Part shown: piece by piece, positions 48,333 to 58,134 of the stretch
Position numbering within the stretch: position 1 is the first letter of the stretch
Layout of the letters: every line of letters begins with the position of its first letter
Assembly (NCBI GenBank): GCA_031409275.1
Contig: JANNXA010000055.1
Coordinates: 352,001 to 416,000 of the forward strand
Origin: Planctomycetota bacterium
GTDB lineage: Bacteria; Planctomycetota; B15-G4; SIAN01
DNA: 64,000 nucleotides
Direction of reading: 5' to 3'
Made by a program: the position numbers and the translations under genes
Notes under the pieces: generated by a model
Databases searched by the model: none
Told to the model about the DNA's origin: nothing
What the model saw: the letters and a program-made list of their open reading frames with translations, nothing else

Positions 48333-50008
48333 CCGCCGACACGCCTCCCCCCACCGCTTCCGGCAAGGCCGATGCCGTCCCGCGCCGTCGTGGCGCGCGC
48401 GGCCGCGCATTCATCTGGCTCTGTGGCGGCGCGCTCGCCTTCAACCTCCTGCTCGTGGTGGGCCAGCTCGCGCTGATCGGCTGGAACGGCATGTCCTACT
48501 TCTGGCAGCGCGAGCTCGTCGCCTTCGAGCTCACCGATGGCACGCGCCTGCTCGGCGAAGTGCACGCGAGGGAGACGTTTCGCCCCACCGATCTGCCCGC
48601 CGAAGCGACGCTTCCCTGGCGCGTGCAGGTCAAGGTGGCCAACCGCGAGCTGACCGGCGCCGACTTCGTCTGGATCGACGAACGGCTCATCGCGAACCAA
48701 GAGCGGCCGGCGGATGCGCTCCACTTCGAGCGTGCCGAATGGGGCAACTTCCACGGCTTCCTGCGCGAGGTGTGGCGCGGCGACGAGCTGCTGGCGAGCG
48801 GCGCCGCCGCGTGGCCGCTCCTGCAGGAGCAAATGGCGCAGAAGGCGGCGCAACGCGCGCAGCTGCTCGACCTCGAGAAGGGCGACCTCGGCGACGTGAA
48901 CCACGAACTCGAGGCGCTGCGCCTCGCGCGACGCCGGCTCGAGCTCGATGCACCGCCGGAGTCGGAGCGGGCGCGGATCGCGGCCGACCTCGACGCCCGC
49001 CACGAGCTCCTTGACGAGCGCTTCGCCGACCTCTCGACGCGTCTGGTCGAGCTGCGCACGCAGCTCGACTCGGTTCGCGTGGTGTGCGTCGCCGCCGACG
49101 GCCAGAGCAAAGAGCTGCCGGTCGGCGGATTGCTGCACGCGCTCCGACCCAACGAGATGTCGCTCGCGGCGAAGCTCCTCGAGTACGGGCGCCGCATCCT
49201 GAGCTTCCTGATCGACGATCCGCGTGAGTCGAACACCGAGGGCGGCATCTTTCCGGCCATCTTCGGCACCGTGATGATGGTCTTCCTGATGTCGATCGCG
49301 GTGGTGCCGCTGGGCGTGCTCGCGGCGCTCTACCTGCGCGAGTACTCGCGCCAGGGGACGCTGGTGCGTTGCGTGCGCATCGCGGTGAACAACCTCGCCG
49401 GCGTGCCATCGATCGTCTTCGGGATCTTCGGGCTCGGTTTCTTCGTCTACGGAATCGGCGGAACCATCGACCAGCTCTTCTTCCCCGAGGCGCTGCCGCA
49501 GGCGACCTTCGGCACCGGCGGCATCCTCTGGGCCGCGCTCACGCTTGCCTTGCTGACCGTGCCGGTGGTGATCGTCGCCACCGAAGAGGGGTTGGCCGCG
49601 GTGCCGCGCGCGGTGCGCGAAGGGTCGCTCGCATTGGGCGCGACCAAGTTCGAAACGATCTGGCGCGTCGTGCTGCCGGCGGCGGCGCCGGGCCTGTTGA
49701 CCGGCGTGATCCTCGCCATCGCGCGCGCCGCCGGCGAGGTCGCGCCGCTCATGATCGTCGGCATGGTGAAGCTCGCCCCCGCGCTGCCGATTGACCACCA
49801 CGCCCCGTTCCTCCACCTCGACCGCAAGTTCATGCATCTCGGTTTCCACATCTTCGACGTCGGGTTCCAGAGTCCCGACGTCGAGGCCACCAAGCCGCTG
49901 GTGGTCGCCACGGCGCTGGTGCTGCTGGTGCTGGTCGTCGCCATGAACGTGGTCGCCATCACGCTTCGCAACCGCCTGCGCAGCCGCTACGCCGGCAGCG
50001 CGCTCTGA
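48329..50008 (+). CDS. pstA: Phosphate ABC transporter permease PstA (long form)
   Basis: [48 protein letters not shown] coupling. Confidence 0.94.
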   Translation: MTADTPPPTASGKADAVPRRRGARGRAFIWLCGGALAFNLLLVVGQLALIGWNGMSYFWQRELVAFELTDGTRLLGEVHARETFRPTDLPAEATLPWRVQVKVANRELTGADFVWIDERLIANQERPADALHFERAEWGNFHGFLREVWRGDELLASGAAAWPLLQEQMAQKAAQRAQLLDLEKGDLGDVNHELEALRLARRRLELDAPPESERARIAADLDARHELLDERFADLSTRLVELRTQLDSVRVVCVAADGQSKELPVGGLLHALRPNEMSLAAKLLEYGRRILSFLIDDPRESNTEGGIFPAIFGTVMMVFLMSIAVVPLGVLAALYLREYSRQGTLVRCVRIAVNNLAGVPSIVFGIFGLGFFVYGIGGTIDQLFFPEALPQATFGTGGILWAALTLALLTVPVVIVATEEGLAAVPRAVREGSLALGATKFETIWRVVLPAAAPGLLTGVILAIARAAGEVAPLMIVGMVKLAPALPIDHHAPFLHLDRKFMHLGFHIFDVGFQSPDVEATKPLVVATALVLLVLVVAMNVVAITLRNRLRSRYAGSAL

Positions 50009-50033
50009 TGCGTGCCGCACAGGAGCCGCCGAA

Positions 50034-50825
50034 ATGACCGCGCCGAACCGTGCCGCTGCCGAAACTCCCGAACCGGCGATCCTCGAAGTCGAGCAGCTGC
50101 GCCTCTCGTACGGATCCTCGCCGGCGCTGCACGGCATCAGTCTCGCGATCCCGCGCCGGCAGATCACCGCCTTCATCGGGCCATCAGGTTGCGGCAAGTC
50201 GACGCTGCTGCGCTGCTTCAACCGCATGAACGACCTCGTCGACGGCGTTCGCATCGAGGGCGAGGTGCGCTTCGAGGGGCGCTCGATCCTCGGGCCCGAC
50301 GTCGAGGTGAACGAGCTGCGCAAGCGCATCGGGATGGTGTTCCAGAAGAGCAACCCCTTTCCGAAGTCGATCTACGAGAACGTCGCCTACGGTCCGCGCG
50401 TTCACGGCACCAAGCGCGCGTCCGATCTCGACGACATCGTCGAGGAGAGCCTGCGCGGCGCGGCGCTTTGGGACGAAGTGAAGGACCGGTTGCACGAGAG
50501 CGCGCTCGGCATGTCGGGAGGCCAGCAGCAGCGCCTCTGCATCGCGCGCGCGATCGCGGTGCGGCCGGAGGTGATCCTCCTCGATGAGCCGTGCTCCGCG
50601 CTCGACCCGGTGGCGACCGCCAAGGTCGAGGACCTGATGCTCGAGCTGAAGAAGCAGTTCACCCTGGTGATCGTCACCCACAACATGCAGCAGGCTTCGC
50701 GCGTGAGCGACCTCACCGCCTTCCTGTACATCGGGCGCCTGATCGAGTTCGGCCGCACCGAACAACTGTTCGTCAAGCCGCGCGAGAAGCAGACCGAGGA
50801 CTACATCACCGGCCGCTTCGGCTGA
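50034..50825 (+). CDS. pstB: Phosphate ABC transporter ATP-binding protein PstB
   Basis: [46 protein letters not shown]. Confidence 0.97.
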   Translation: MTAPNRAAAETPEPAILEVEQLRLSYGSSPALHGISLAIPRRQITAFIGPSGCGKSTLLRCFNRMNDLVDGVRIEGEVRFEGRSILGPDVEVNELRKRIGMVFQKSNPFPKSIYENVAYGPRVHGTKRASDLDDIVEESLRGAALWDEVKDRLHESALGMSGGQQQRLCIARAIAVRPEVILLDEPCSALDPVATAKVEDLMLELKKQFTLVIVTHNMQQASRVSDLTAFLYIGRLIEFGRTEQLFVKPREKQTEDYITGRFG

Positions 50826-50944
50826 GAGACGCCGCGCGTCCGGCGGCGGCGCTGGACCATCCGCGCCCGGGACGACGGGTGCTGCGCTGGCGTCGGCGGC
50901 TCGAACGCGGCAATCTCGCGGCGTCTCGGGAACCCGCGCGGGAG

Positions 50945-51946
50945 ATGCTTCTCATGTGGTTGCCGCTCGTCCTCTCCTTCTGTGCCGCATTCGCGGCGCT
51001 CGGCGACTGCCCGGAATGCAAGGTCGACGATCTCTGCGCCAGCCACCAGGAGAGCGACAGCAAGGCGCTCGACGCGGCACGCGGAAAGATCCGCTCGAAG
51101 GACCTCGTCGAACGGCTCGCGGCGATTGATGCCGCCGCGGCGCTCACCAAGCAACACGAGAACGCGCCGAGCCGCGCGGTCGCGGACCTGCTGGCCGTCG
51201 CGCTCGTCGACAAGGATTGGGGCGTACGCACGAAGGTCGTCGAGAAGCTGCTCGACGGCCAGCACGCCGACGCCACGGTCAAGGCGCTGGTCGAGGCGCT
51301 CGACGGCGTGCGTGCCGAGTTCGCGAAGGTCGGCAAGAACAACGACCGCAGCGCCGGCGCCGGCTCGATCATGACGCCCGACGGCTTGGGCTACGCCGCG
51401 GCACTGATCGATGGACTGGGCGCGCTTGCCGATGACCGCTGCACCAATGCGCTCGTCGATGTCCTGAAGCAGCTCGGCCCCGATGCCCCCAGTGAGTTCG
51501 CGCAGCCGCTCGCGAAGGCGCTGCTGGCGCTGGGTTCGCGGCCGGCAATCGAAGCCGTGATCGATCGACTGGTCGCTGCCGAAGGGTCGCGCAGCAAAGC
51601 TCGTTCAGGCGGCGGCGCGGGCGGTGGCGGCGCCGGAGGCGGCGGCAAAGGCGGCGGCGGTTCGGGCGGGGGCGGTTCGGGCGGCGGTGGCGGCAAGAAC
51701 GACCGGCCGAAAAACGGCGATCGCGACGGCGACGGCCGCCGCGATCAAGCCGCCGACGAGGGGCAGCGGCGCATGATCCATGACGGGCTGGCCAAGATCG
51801 CGGCCGACAAGGAGCTCGACGGCGTGCCGGCGTTCGACGACCAGGTCGCACAGCATTGGCGCGACTGGTTCGAGAAGAAGGCGGCCAAGTTCCCGGCCAA
51901 GCTCGGCAAACTCGGCAGCGAAGCGGTCAAGCGCAAGAGCGGTTGA
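50945..51946 (+). CDS. Exported HEAT-repeat protein with N-terminal CxxC-x5-CxxH motif and Gly-rich insert
   Basis: Signal peptide, CPECKVDDLCASH, LVDKDWGVR-type HEAT repeats, poly-G linker, WRDWF end. Confidence 0.72.
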   Translation: MLLMWLPLVLSFCAAFAALGDCPECKVDDLCASHQESDSKALDAARGKIRSKDLVERLAAIDAAAALTKQHENAPSRAVADLLAVALVDKDWGVRTKVVEKLLDGQHADATVKALVEALDGVRAEFAKVGKNNDRSAGAGSIMTPDGLGYAAALIDGLGALADDRCTNALVDVLKQLGPDAPSEFAQPLAKALLALGSRPAIEAVIDRLVAAEGSRSKARSGGGAGGGGAGGGGKGGGGSGGGGSGGGGGKNDRPKNGDRDGDGRRDQAADEGQRRMIHDGLAKIAADKELDGVPAFDDQVAQHWRDWFEKKAAKFPAKLGKLGSEAVKRKSG

Positions 51947-52646
51947 GTTCGCGCGATTCGCCCGGCGCCGCGGCGTCGTCACAGCAGCCTTCGCCGCGCA
52001 GCCATCGGCAGCACGGCGTCGCGCACCATGCGCCGACGCAGGGCGCCACGAGGTAGATCCAGAGCCCGTCGAGGCGGCCGGAAACGAGCGCCGGCGCCAG
52101 CGACCGCGCCGGGTTCATCGAGGCGCCGGTGAGCGGCCCCGCGACCAGCGCCGCAAGGAAGACGAAGGAGCCGATCGACAGCGCCGACGAAGTGCCGCGT
52201 TCCTTCGAGCCGTGCGCGACACAGAGGATCACCACCATCAGCAGGAAGGTGATCACCATCTCGACGACGAAGCTGCGCCCCACTCCGAACTTCGGCAGCG
52301 TGGCGCCGAGCGTCGAGTGGTCCTGGAAACCGGCGCGCAAGAGCAGGCTCGCCGAAACGGCGCCGACGAGTTGCGCGACGACGTACGGAACGACCTCACG
52401 CCACGGGAAGCGGCCGGCACGCGCGAAGCCCAGCGTCACCGCTGGATTCAGGTGAGCGCCCGAGCGATCCCCGACCGTCTCGATCATGGCGAGGACGATC
52501 AGGCCGAACGCGAGCGAGACGCCCAGATGCGTGACGCAGCCGCCGTGAACGTCATCGACCACGATCGCGCCGGTGCCCACCAGCAACAGGCAGAAGGTGC
52601 CGAACGCTTCGGCACCGAGGCGCCTTGGGAGGGAGCTCTCTTCCAT
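51927..52646 (-). CDS. MIP-family aquaporin/aquaglyceroporin (NIP-like)
   Basis: SGAHLNPAVT and GASMNPARS; C-terminal Cys-Cys pairs. Alternative start 52658. Confidence 0.93.
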   Translation of the reverse strand: MEESSLPRRLGAEAFGTFCLLLVGTGAIVVDDVHGGCVTHLGVSLAFGLIVLAMIETVGDRSGAHLNPAVTLGFARAGRFPWREVVPYVVAQLVGAVSASLLLRAGFQDHSTLGATLPKFGVGRSFVVEMVITFLLMVVILCVAHGSKERGTSSALSIGSFVFLAALVAGPLTGASMNPARSLAPALVSGRLDGLWIYLVAPCVGAWCATPCCRWLRGEGCCDDAAAPGESRELNRSCA

Positions 52647-52715
52647 GGCGCGCACCATAAGCGACGGCGCGCCCGCAACCGCCGCAGCGGCTACGGGCGC
52701 GCCGTCGGTTGAATC

Positions 52716-54137
52716 TCAGAACGCGAGCTGGACGCGCATCTGCGCGACGGTCGCCGAGCCGCCGTCGCCGAGGAGCGGATCGACCTCGTCGAGATCGAGC
52801 CGCGACACGTCCCACATGACGCGCGTGTTGGGGTTCAGGTACCAGTTGAGCCCGACCGTCCACATGTCGAGCGCGCCGCCCTGCACCCCGCCCGTCGCTT
52901 CCGTGCCATCCGAAAGGTCGATCGTCGACCAGCGCAGCGCGACTTCCCATGCGCCGTGGCCGCCGTTCTGGAACGCGTTGGCCCAGGGCCGCGGGTTCTG
53001 GAAGATGGCCTCGGTCGTCTTGAAGCGGCGATTCTCGCCAGTGAGCATCCACGAGCCCTGCGCGTAGAAGCCGGAGAACTTCGGATCATCGAGCGCCGAC
53101 GCCTTGTTCATGTCGGTGCGCGTCGTGATGTACTCGCTCTGCAGCGACCAGCGGTTCCAGACCAGCGCGAACTCGGAGCCGTAGCGCCAATCGACGTCCG
53201 CTTCCTTCATCGCCCCGGTGTTGACGAAGTTGGAGAAGAGGTCGACCTCGGGCTTGCCCGCGTAGGTGACCCCTTCCGAACCGCGGCCAGGAACCGAGCG
53301 ACGCGTCGCCGCGAGGCCGAGGTGGATCAGCTGCTTGCCCTCGTTGCGAAAGAACGGCGTGCCCGTGATGCGCGCTGTCAGGTTGTAGGCGCCGTCATTC
53401 GCCGAGACGCTGTTGTCGGAGCTGTCCTCGCGGAAGGCGCCGGCGGCCCACGTGAAGCGCTCGACCTGCTTGCCGTCGACATCGCTCTTGAGGCTCTTCC
53501 ACAGCAGGAAGCCGGGATTGCGGTTGGGCGCGAAGATGTTCGAGATCGCCGCGCGCTCGACGAAGGTCGAGTCGTTGCTCGAGGTCATCGCGTCGAGCCC
53601 GAACGGCTCGTACATGTGGCCCGCGCGCACGTTCGGGATCCAGTCGCCGAGGTTGACGAGCCCGGCGTAGGCGTCCTTGTGGCCGATCGCGCCCTTGGCG
53701 AAGTCGTACTGCCACTTGAACTCGACGTGCTCGTAGAGAAGCCCCGAGAGATAGAGCCGAGCGCGGCGCAGCTCGAAGCCATCTTCGAGCGGCCCGATCG
53801 ACTTGGTCACCGCCTGGTCGTTGGCGTTGCCGTCGAAGCGCTTGGTCGCTTCGAGGTCGTTGTCGGCGTCGTTCCACTCGCTCTCGAAGTGGATGCGTCC
53901 GCCGATCTTCAGGTCGAACTTGCTGTCCGGCGACGTGAGACGCAGCCCGTCCTTCCAGGAGGCGCGGAGGCTGTCGCTCGCCCCCTGCTTGTCCTCGAGC
54001 GCCTTCAACCGCTCGTTCAGGACATCGAAGCGCAGCTTCAATTCCTCGGCATCCTGCGCGCGCGCGACCGAGCTCAGGAGCGGGAACGCGCTCGCTCCGA
54101 GAGCGACTCCCGCGACGTTGCGTGCAAACCGGTTCAT
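52716..54137 (-). CDS. Phosphate-selective porin OprO/OprP family
   Basis: Signal peptide, FELRRARL, EPFGLD..TSS....F.ER, GFYAQ..W.LTGE, GAWEVALR, GLNWYLN, terminal F; in the pho cluster. Confidence 0.92.
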   Translation of the reverse strand: MNRFARNVAGVALGASAFPLLSSVARAQDAEELKLRFDVLNERLKALEDKQGASDSLRASWKDGLRLTSPDSKFDLKIGGRIHFESEWNDADNDLEATKRFDGNANDQAVTKSIGPLEDGFELRRARLYLSGLLYEHVEFKWQYDFAKGAIGHKDAYAGLVNLGDWIPNVRAGHMYEPFGLDAMTSSNDSTFVERAAISNIFAPNRNPGFLLWKSLKSDVDGKQVERFTWAAGAFREDSSDNSVSANDGAYNLTARITGTPFFRNEGKQLIHLGLAATRRSVPGRGSEGVTYAGKPEVDLFSNFVNTGAMKEADVDWRYGSEFALVWNRWSLQSEYITTRTDMNKASALDDPKFSGFYAQGSWMLTGENRRFKTTEAIFQNPRPWANAFQNGGHGAWEVALRWSTIDLSDGTEATGGVQGGALDMWTVGLNWYLNPNTRVMWDVSRLDLDEVDPLLGDGGSATVAQMRVQLAF

Positions 54138-54212
54138 GCGGACTCCTCGCCGACACGGTCAGCCGGGATGGCGCACGCCCACACGTGCGCTCCTCGCGGC
54201 CGAGGGGAGAGG

Positions 54213-54256
54213 AGGCTAGGCCGCCCGGATCAAGGCTCCGTGAAGGCCCGATGAAC
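54213..54256 (-). promoter_or_regulatory. Pho-box-like direct repeats and -10 box of the porin promoter
   Basis: Minus strand GTTCAT (54256), CTTCAC (54245), CTTGAT (54234), then TAGCCT (54218); same 16-nt offset as at pstS. Confidence 0.72.
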
Positions 54257-54290
54257 CATCGCTACCGGACGAAGGCGTCGGCGCGATCTT

Positions 54291-54965
54291 TCACTTCTCG
54301 CGAGCGCGATCGAGGCGCAGATGGCGGATCACCTCGCCGTCGACCAGGAACACGACGTCCTCGGCGATGTTGGTGGCGTGATCGGCGATGCGCTCGAGAT
54401 GGCGCGACACCGACAGCAGCGACACGGCGCGCTCGACGTTGGCCGGATCGCGCTTCATCACTTCCTGCAACTGGACGAAGCGCCGGCGATTCTCCTCGTC
54501 GACCTCGCGGTCGTCGAAGCAGACCTTGCGGGCGCGCTCGACGTCGCGCTCGACGAGCGCGTCGATGCACTCGTGCACCATCCAGCGCACGCGCTCCGCC
54601 ATGCGACGGAAGTCCTGCGCCCCCTCGATCGGCGGCTGCTCGCACAGCACGGCGGCGCGCTCGGCGATGTTCTTCGCGAGGTCGCCCATGCGCTCGAGGT
54701 CGTTGTTGACCTTGAGCACCGTGATGAGGAAGCGCAGATCGGACGCGACCGGCTGGTGCAACGCCAGCATCTTGAGGCAGTGATCCTCGACCTCGAGCTC
54801 CTTCGCATCGATGGCGTCATCGCCCGCCTGCACCTGGATGGCGAGGTCGCTGCGTCGATCGATGATCGCGCTGATGGCGAGGTCGGTCGCCTCCTCCACC
54901 ATCCCGCCCATCAACAAGAGCTGCTTCTTCAGGAACTCGAGGTCGCGTTGCATGTGCTTCGACAT
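54291..54965 (-). CDS. phoU: Phosphate signalling protein PhoU
   Basis: QPVASDLR, DLERMGD.AKNIA, LERIADHATNIAE. Confidence 0.96.
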   Translation of the reverse strand: MSKHMQRDLEFLKKQLLLMGGMVEEATDLAISAIIDRRSDLAIQVQAGDDAIDAKELEVEDHCLKMLALHQPVASDLRFLITVLKVNNDLERMGDLAKNIAERAAVLCEQPPIEGAQDFRRMAERVRWMVHECIDALVERDVERARKVCFDDREVDEENRRRFVQLQEVMKRDPANVERAVSLLSVSRHLERIADHATNIAEDVVFLVDGEVIRHLRLDRAREK

Positions 54966-54971
54966 CTTCGG

Positions 54972-56774
54972 TCACTCCTTGGCCGCATCGCCACCGGCAG
55001 GCGGCATCGGGAAGCGGATGCGGAACGTGCTGCCGCGCCCCGGCCAGCTCTCGAGCTCGATCGAGCCGCCGTTCGCCTCGACGAGGTGCTTCACGATCGA
55101 CAAGCCGAGTCCGGTTCCTGGAACGTCACGAGAGCGCGCCTTGTCGACCCGATAGAAACGCTCGAAGACCCGTGCCTGTTCGGAAGGCTCGATCCCCACG
55201 CCGCTGTCGGCCACCTCGAGCAGAGCCATCCCCGCCTCGGTCGCCGTTCGGACCGCCACGCGGCCACCCGCCGGCGTGTACTTGAGCGCATTGTCGACGA
55301 GGTTGTCGAGGATCTGTTCGATGGCGAGCGGGTCGACGAAGGCTGGCGACGGCGCGAGCGCGGCCGCGAGCTCGATCGACTTCGACTGCGCCGGGCCCGA
55401 GAAGCGCTCCACGGCCTGCTGCGCCGCCGGCATCAGGTCGAGTTCCACGCGGGGCATCGGACCATCGGACTCCGCGCGCGCGAGGTGAAGCAGGTCGACG
55501 GCCAGGTCGGCGAGGCGCCCGACGTGATGGCCGAGCTTGCCGAGGAAGCGCTGGCGCGTCGTCGCCTCCATCTCGGGATCGTCGACCAGCGTCTCGACGA
55601 GTCCACGCATCGCGGCGAGCGGGGTCTTCAGCTCGTGCGAGACGTTGGCGACGAAGTCACGGCGCACGGTCTCGAGGCGACGCAACTCCGTCACGTCGAG
55701 CAGCGCCGCGACCACGCCGCCTTCCGGCAGCGGCGCGGCCCGCACCAGCAGGACTCGCTCCCGACCGCTGAGGAGGAGACGCACCTCCCGTGAACGCGTT
55801 CCATCCTCGCCGGGGACGGCATCGCGCAGGCGCAGCGCTTCGACCAGATCGGGCGCGCGCACCAATTCGACCAGTGGCCGTCCGATGCCATCGCCGTCCA
55901 CGACCCCGAGCATCGCCCGCGCGACGCCGTTGCACTGCAGCAGGCGCTCGTCGCCATCGATGGCGAGGACGCCCTCGGCGACTCGATCGAGGATCACGGC
56001 CAGCTTGCTGCGCTCGCGCGCCTGCTCCTCGAGGCGTTCACGCAGCCGGACTGCCATGCGCTCGAAGGCTCGCGCGAGGTCGCCGACCTCATCGCGACCG
56101 CCGTGGTCGATCGAGATTCCCTGCGCGCCGTCGGCGATGGCAATCGCCGCCGAAGTCAAGGCGACGATCGGCCGGGTGAAGCGGCGCGCGACGAACCAGG
56201 CCAGCGCGAGCGCTGCCACGGTTCCGATCTCGACTCCGACGAACACGGCTCCACGCAGGCGATCGCGGCGCGCCTCGACACTCGGCAACGCCAGCGCCGC
56301 GCGTACGAAACCGAGACGCGCGCCGTCAGCGGCCGTGACCGCGACGCAGACATAGAGGGTCGAAACCCCGGTCGTCGCGCTGACCCGCTCGTCGATCCCG
56401 CGTCCGCCGGCGGCCGCGGCGATCACCTCCGGTCGACTGGCGTGGTTCTCCATATCCGCGGCGTGATCGACCGAATCGGCCAGCACCCGTCCATCGGCGG
56501 CGATCACCGTGAGGCGCGACCCGGCCGCTGCCCCGATCGCCTCGATGCGATGATCGAGCTCGGGAGCGCCTCCCCCCGCCACTTCGCCGCGCATCGCTTC
56601 GGCGAGGAGCACCGCCTGGCCATGCAACGACTCTTCGAGCGCGGCACGCTGGTCGCGAGCCGCGAAGCGTGTGACCAGCCACTCGGTGACGACACCGTGG
56701 GCCAGGACGAGCAACGCATAGGTCGCGAAGAGCTTGACGAGGAGACGCGGACGCAACGAGTCAGTTCCGATCAT
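54972..56774 (-). CDS. phoR: Phosphate regulon sensor histidine kinase PhoR (HAMP-PAS-HisKA-HATPase)
   Basis: MENHASRPEV, RRDFVANVSHELKTPL, NLVDNALKY, FERFYRVDKARSR, GTGLGLSIVKH. Confidence 0.93.
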   Translation of the reverse strand: MIGTDSLRPRLLVKLFATYALLVLAHGVVTEWLVTRFAARDQRAALEESLHGQAVLLAEAMRGEVAGGGAPELDHRIEAIGAAAGSRLTVIAADGRVLADSVDHAADMENHASRPEVIAAAAGGRGIDERVSATTGVSTLYVCVAVTAADGARLGFVRAALALPSVEARRDRLRGAVFVGVEIGTVAALALAWFVARRFTRPIVALTSAAIAIADGAQGISIDHGGRDEVGDLARAFERMAVRLRERLEEQARERSKLAVILDRVAEGVLAIDGDERLLQCNGVARAMLGVVDGDGIGRPLVELVRAPDLVEALRLRDAVPGEDGTRSREVRLLLSGRERVLLVRAAPLPEGGVVAALLDVTELRRLETVRRDFVANVSHELKTPLAAMRGLVETLVDDPEMEATTRQRFLGKLGHHVGRLADLAVDLLHLARAESDGPMPRVELDLMPAAQQAVERFSGPAQSKSIELAAALAPSPAFVDPLAIEQILDNLVDNALKYTPAGGRVAVRTATEAGMALLEVADSGVGIEPSEQARVFERFYRVDKARSRDVPGTGLGLSIVKHLVEANGGSIELESWPGRGSTFRIRFPMPPAGGDAAKE

Positions 56775-57459
56775 CACGGAAACGGTAACCGACGCCGCGC
56801 ACCGTCTCGAGCCGCTCGCGCTCCTCTCCCAGCTTCTTGCGGATCGAGCGCACGTGGACGTCGACGTTGCGGTCGAGCACGACCGCGTGCTCTCCGATGG
56901 CGCGGGAGAGCAGCTGATCGCGGGTGAGCACGCGCCCCGGATGCGCGGCGAGGAAATGCAGCAGCCGCAGTTCGGTCGGCGTGAAGGTGATCGGTTCGCC
57001 GCGCACCAGCACCTCGTGCCGGGCGCGATCGATGACGAGGCCACTGAACTCGATCCGCTCGCCGTCGCCGCGCGCGGGGGCTGCCGACGCTCGACGCAGC
57101 ACCGCCTTCAACCGAGCGACCAGTTCGCGCGGCGAAAAGGGCTTGGGGATGTAGTCATCCGCGCCGAGTCCGAGGCCGACGACGACGTCTGCCTCCTCGC
57201 CCTTCGCCGTCAGCATCAGGATCGGCAGCGAACGGGTGACCTCGTCGCCGCGCAGGCGCCGACAGATCTCGAGGCCATCCATCCCCGGCAGCATCAGGTC
57301 GAGGATCAGCGCGTCGGGCAGTTCGGAGCGCGCCTGCTTCAGTCCGACCTCGCCATCGCGGGCGGTGAGCACCCGGAACCCCTCGCGGCCGAGGTTGTAC
57401 TCGATCACTTCGAGGATGTCGGGCTCGTCCTCGACGACGAGGATCTTCTGCCGTTTCAA
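56761..57459 (-). CDS. phoB: Phosphate regulon response regulator PhoB/PhoP (OmpR family)
   Basis: VVEDE, LDLMLP, LTAK, GADDYIPKPF, VDVHVRSIRKKL, TVRGVGY. TTG start after GAGGTGATC. Confidence 0.93.
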   Translation of the reverse strand: MKRQKILVVEDEPDILEVIEYNLGREGFRVLTARDGEVGLKQARSELPDALILDLMLPGMDGLEICRRLRGDEVTRSLPILMLTAKGEEADVVVGLGLGADDYIPKPFSPRELVARLKAVLRRASAAPARGDGERIEFSGLVIDRARHEVLVRGEPITFTPTELRLLHFLAAHPGRVLTRDQLLSRAIGEHAVVLDRNVDVHVRSIRKKLGEERERLETVRGVGYRFRDDRN

Positions 57460-57520
57460 GGATCACCTCAGGGTCTGCATCGAACTGCACGCGGGCACGA
57501 CACCAGGCTCGACGGGCGGA

Positions 57521-57575
57521 AGGCTAGGAAGGGCTCGCCAAGTTTCGGCGCGCTGGATGTAAAGCGGTGATGAAG
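57521..57575 (-). promoter_or_regulatory. Possible autoregulatory Pho-box-like repeats and -10 box of the phoB promoter
   Basis: Minus strand CTTCAT (57575), CTTTAC (57564), CTTGGC (57542) in 11-bp phase; TAGCCT at 57526. Confidence 0.55.
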
Positions 57576-57654
57576 GGGCTCCGGCGAGGGCGCGCAGTTT
57601 GCCTAGTGAAGCTCGCTCGGCGCGAGCCAAGGTGCGCCGCGAGGAGATTTTCCC

Positions 57655-58110
57655 ATGACGTTCCGCAAGCTGGTCTTCGCCACCGACCTCTCCGACGTCT
57701 CGTTCCAGGCGTGGCCGACGGCGCTCGCGATGGCCGAGAAGTTCGGCGTCGAGCTGCATGTCGTCTGCGTGCTGGAAGAGCCCTACGCGCTCGCGCCGTA
57801 CGAGCAGTACGGGGCGCTCTTGCGTGCGCTGCAGGAGTTGCGCCCCCAACTCGAGAACCGCCTGCGCGACCGGGTGAAGGACCATCCGGCCGGTCTCTCC
57901 GTGACGACGGCCGTGGTCGAAGCGTCGTCGCCGGCCCACGCGCTCGTCGACTACGTGAAGAAGGTCGGAGCGGACCTCCTCATCACGACCACGCACGGTC
58001 GCGGCGGCGTCTCGCGGATGCTGCTCGGCAGCGTCACGGAGAAGCTGCTGCGTCTCGCGCCCGTCCCGGTGCTGGTCGTACGCGCGGAGGAGCGCAAGGG
58101 AGCGAACTGA
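57655..58110 (+). CDS. Universal stress protein (UspA family)
   Basis: LVFATDLS, DLLITTTHGRGG...LLGSVTEKLLR..PVPVLVVR; AGGAGA RBS. Confidence 0.93.
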   Translation: MTFRKLVFATDLSDVSFQAWPTALAMAEKFGVELHVVCVLEEPYALAPYEQYGALLRALQELRPQLENRLRDRVKDHPAGLSVTTAVVEASSPAHALVDYVKKVGADLLITTTHGRGGVSRMLLGSVTEKLLRLAPVPVLVVRAEERKGAN

Positions 58111-58133
58111 CGCCGCGACTCGCGGCGGCGTCA
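58108..58133. terminator. Short hairpin between convergent usp and gpmA
   Basis: TGACGCCGC / GCGGCGTCA 9-bp stem; no clear U-tract. Confidence 0.4.
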
Positions 58134-58134
58134 T

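Noticed and set aside
51605..51695. GGC-rich tract as a non-coding repeat
   Set aside because: It encodes the in-frame Gly-rich linker of the HEAT protein.
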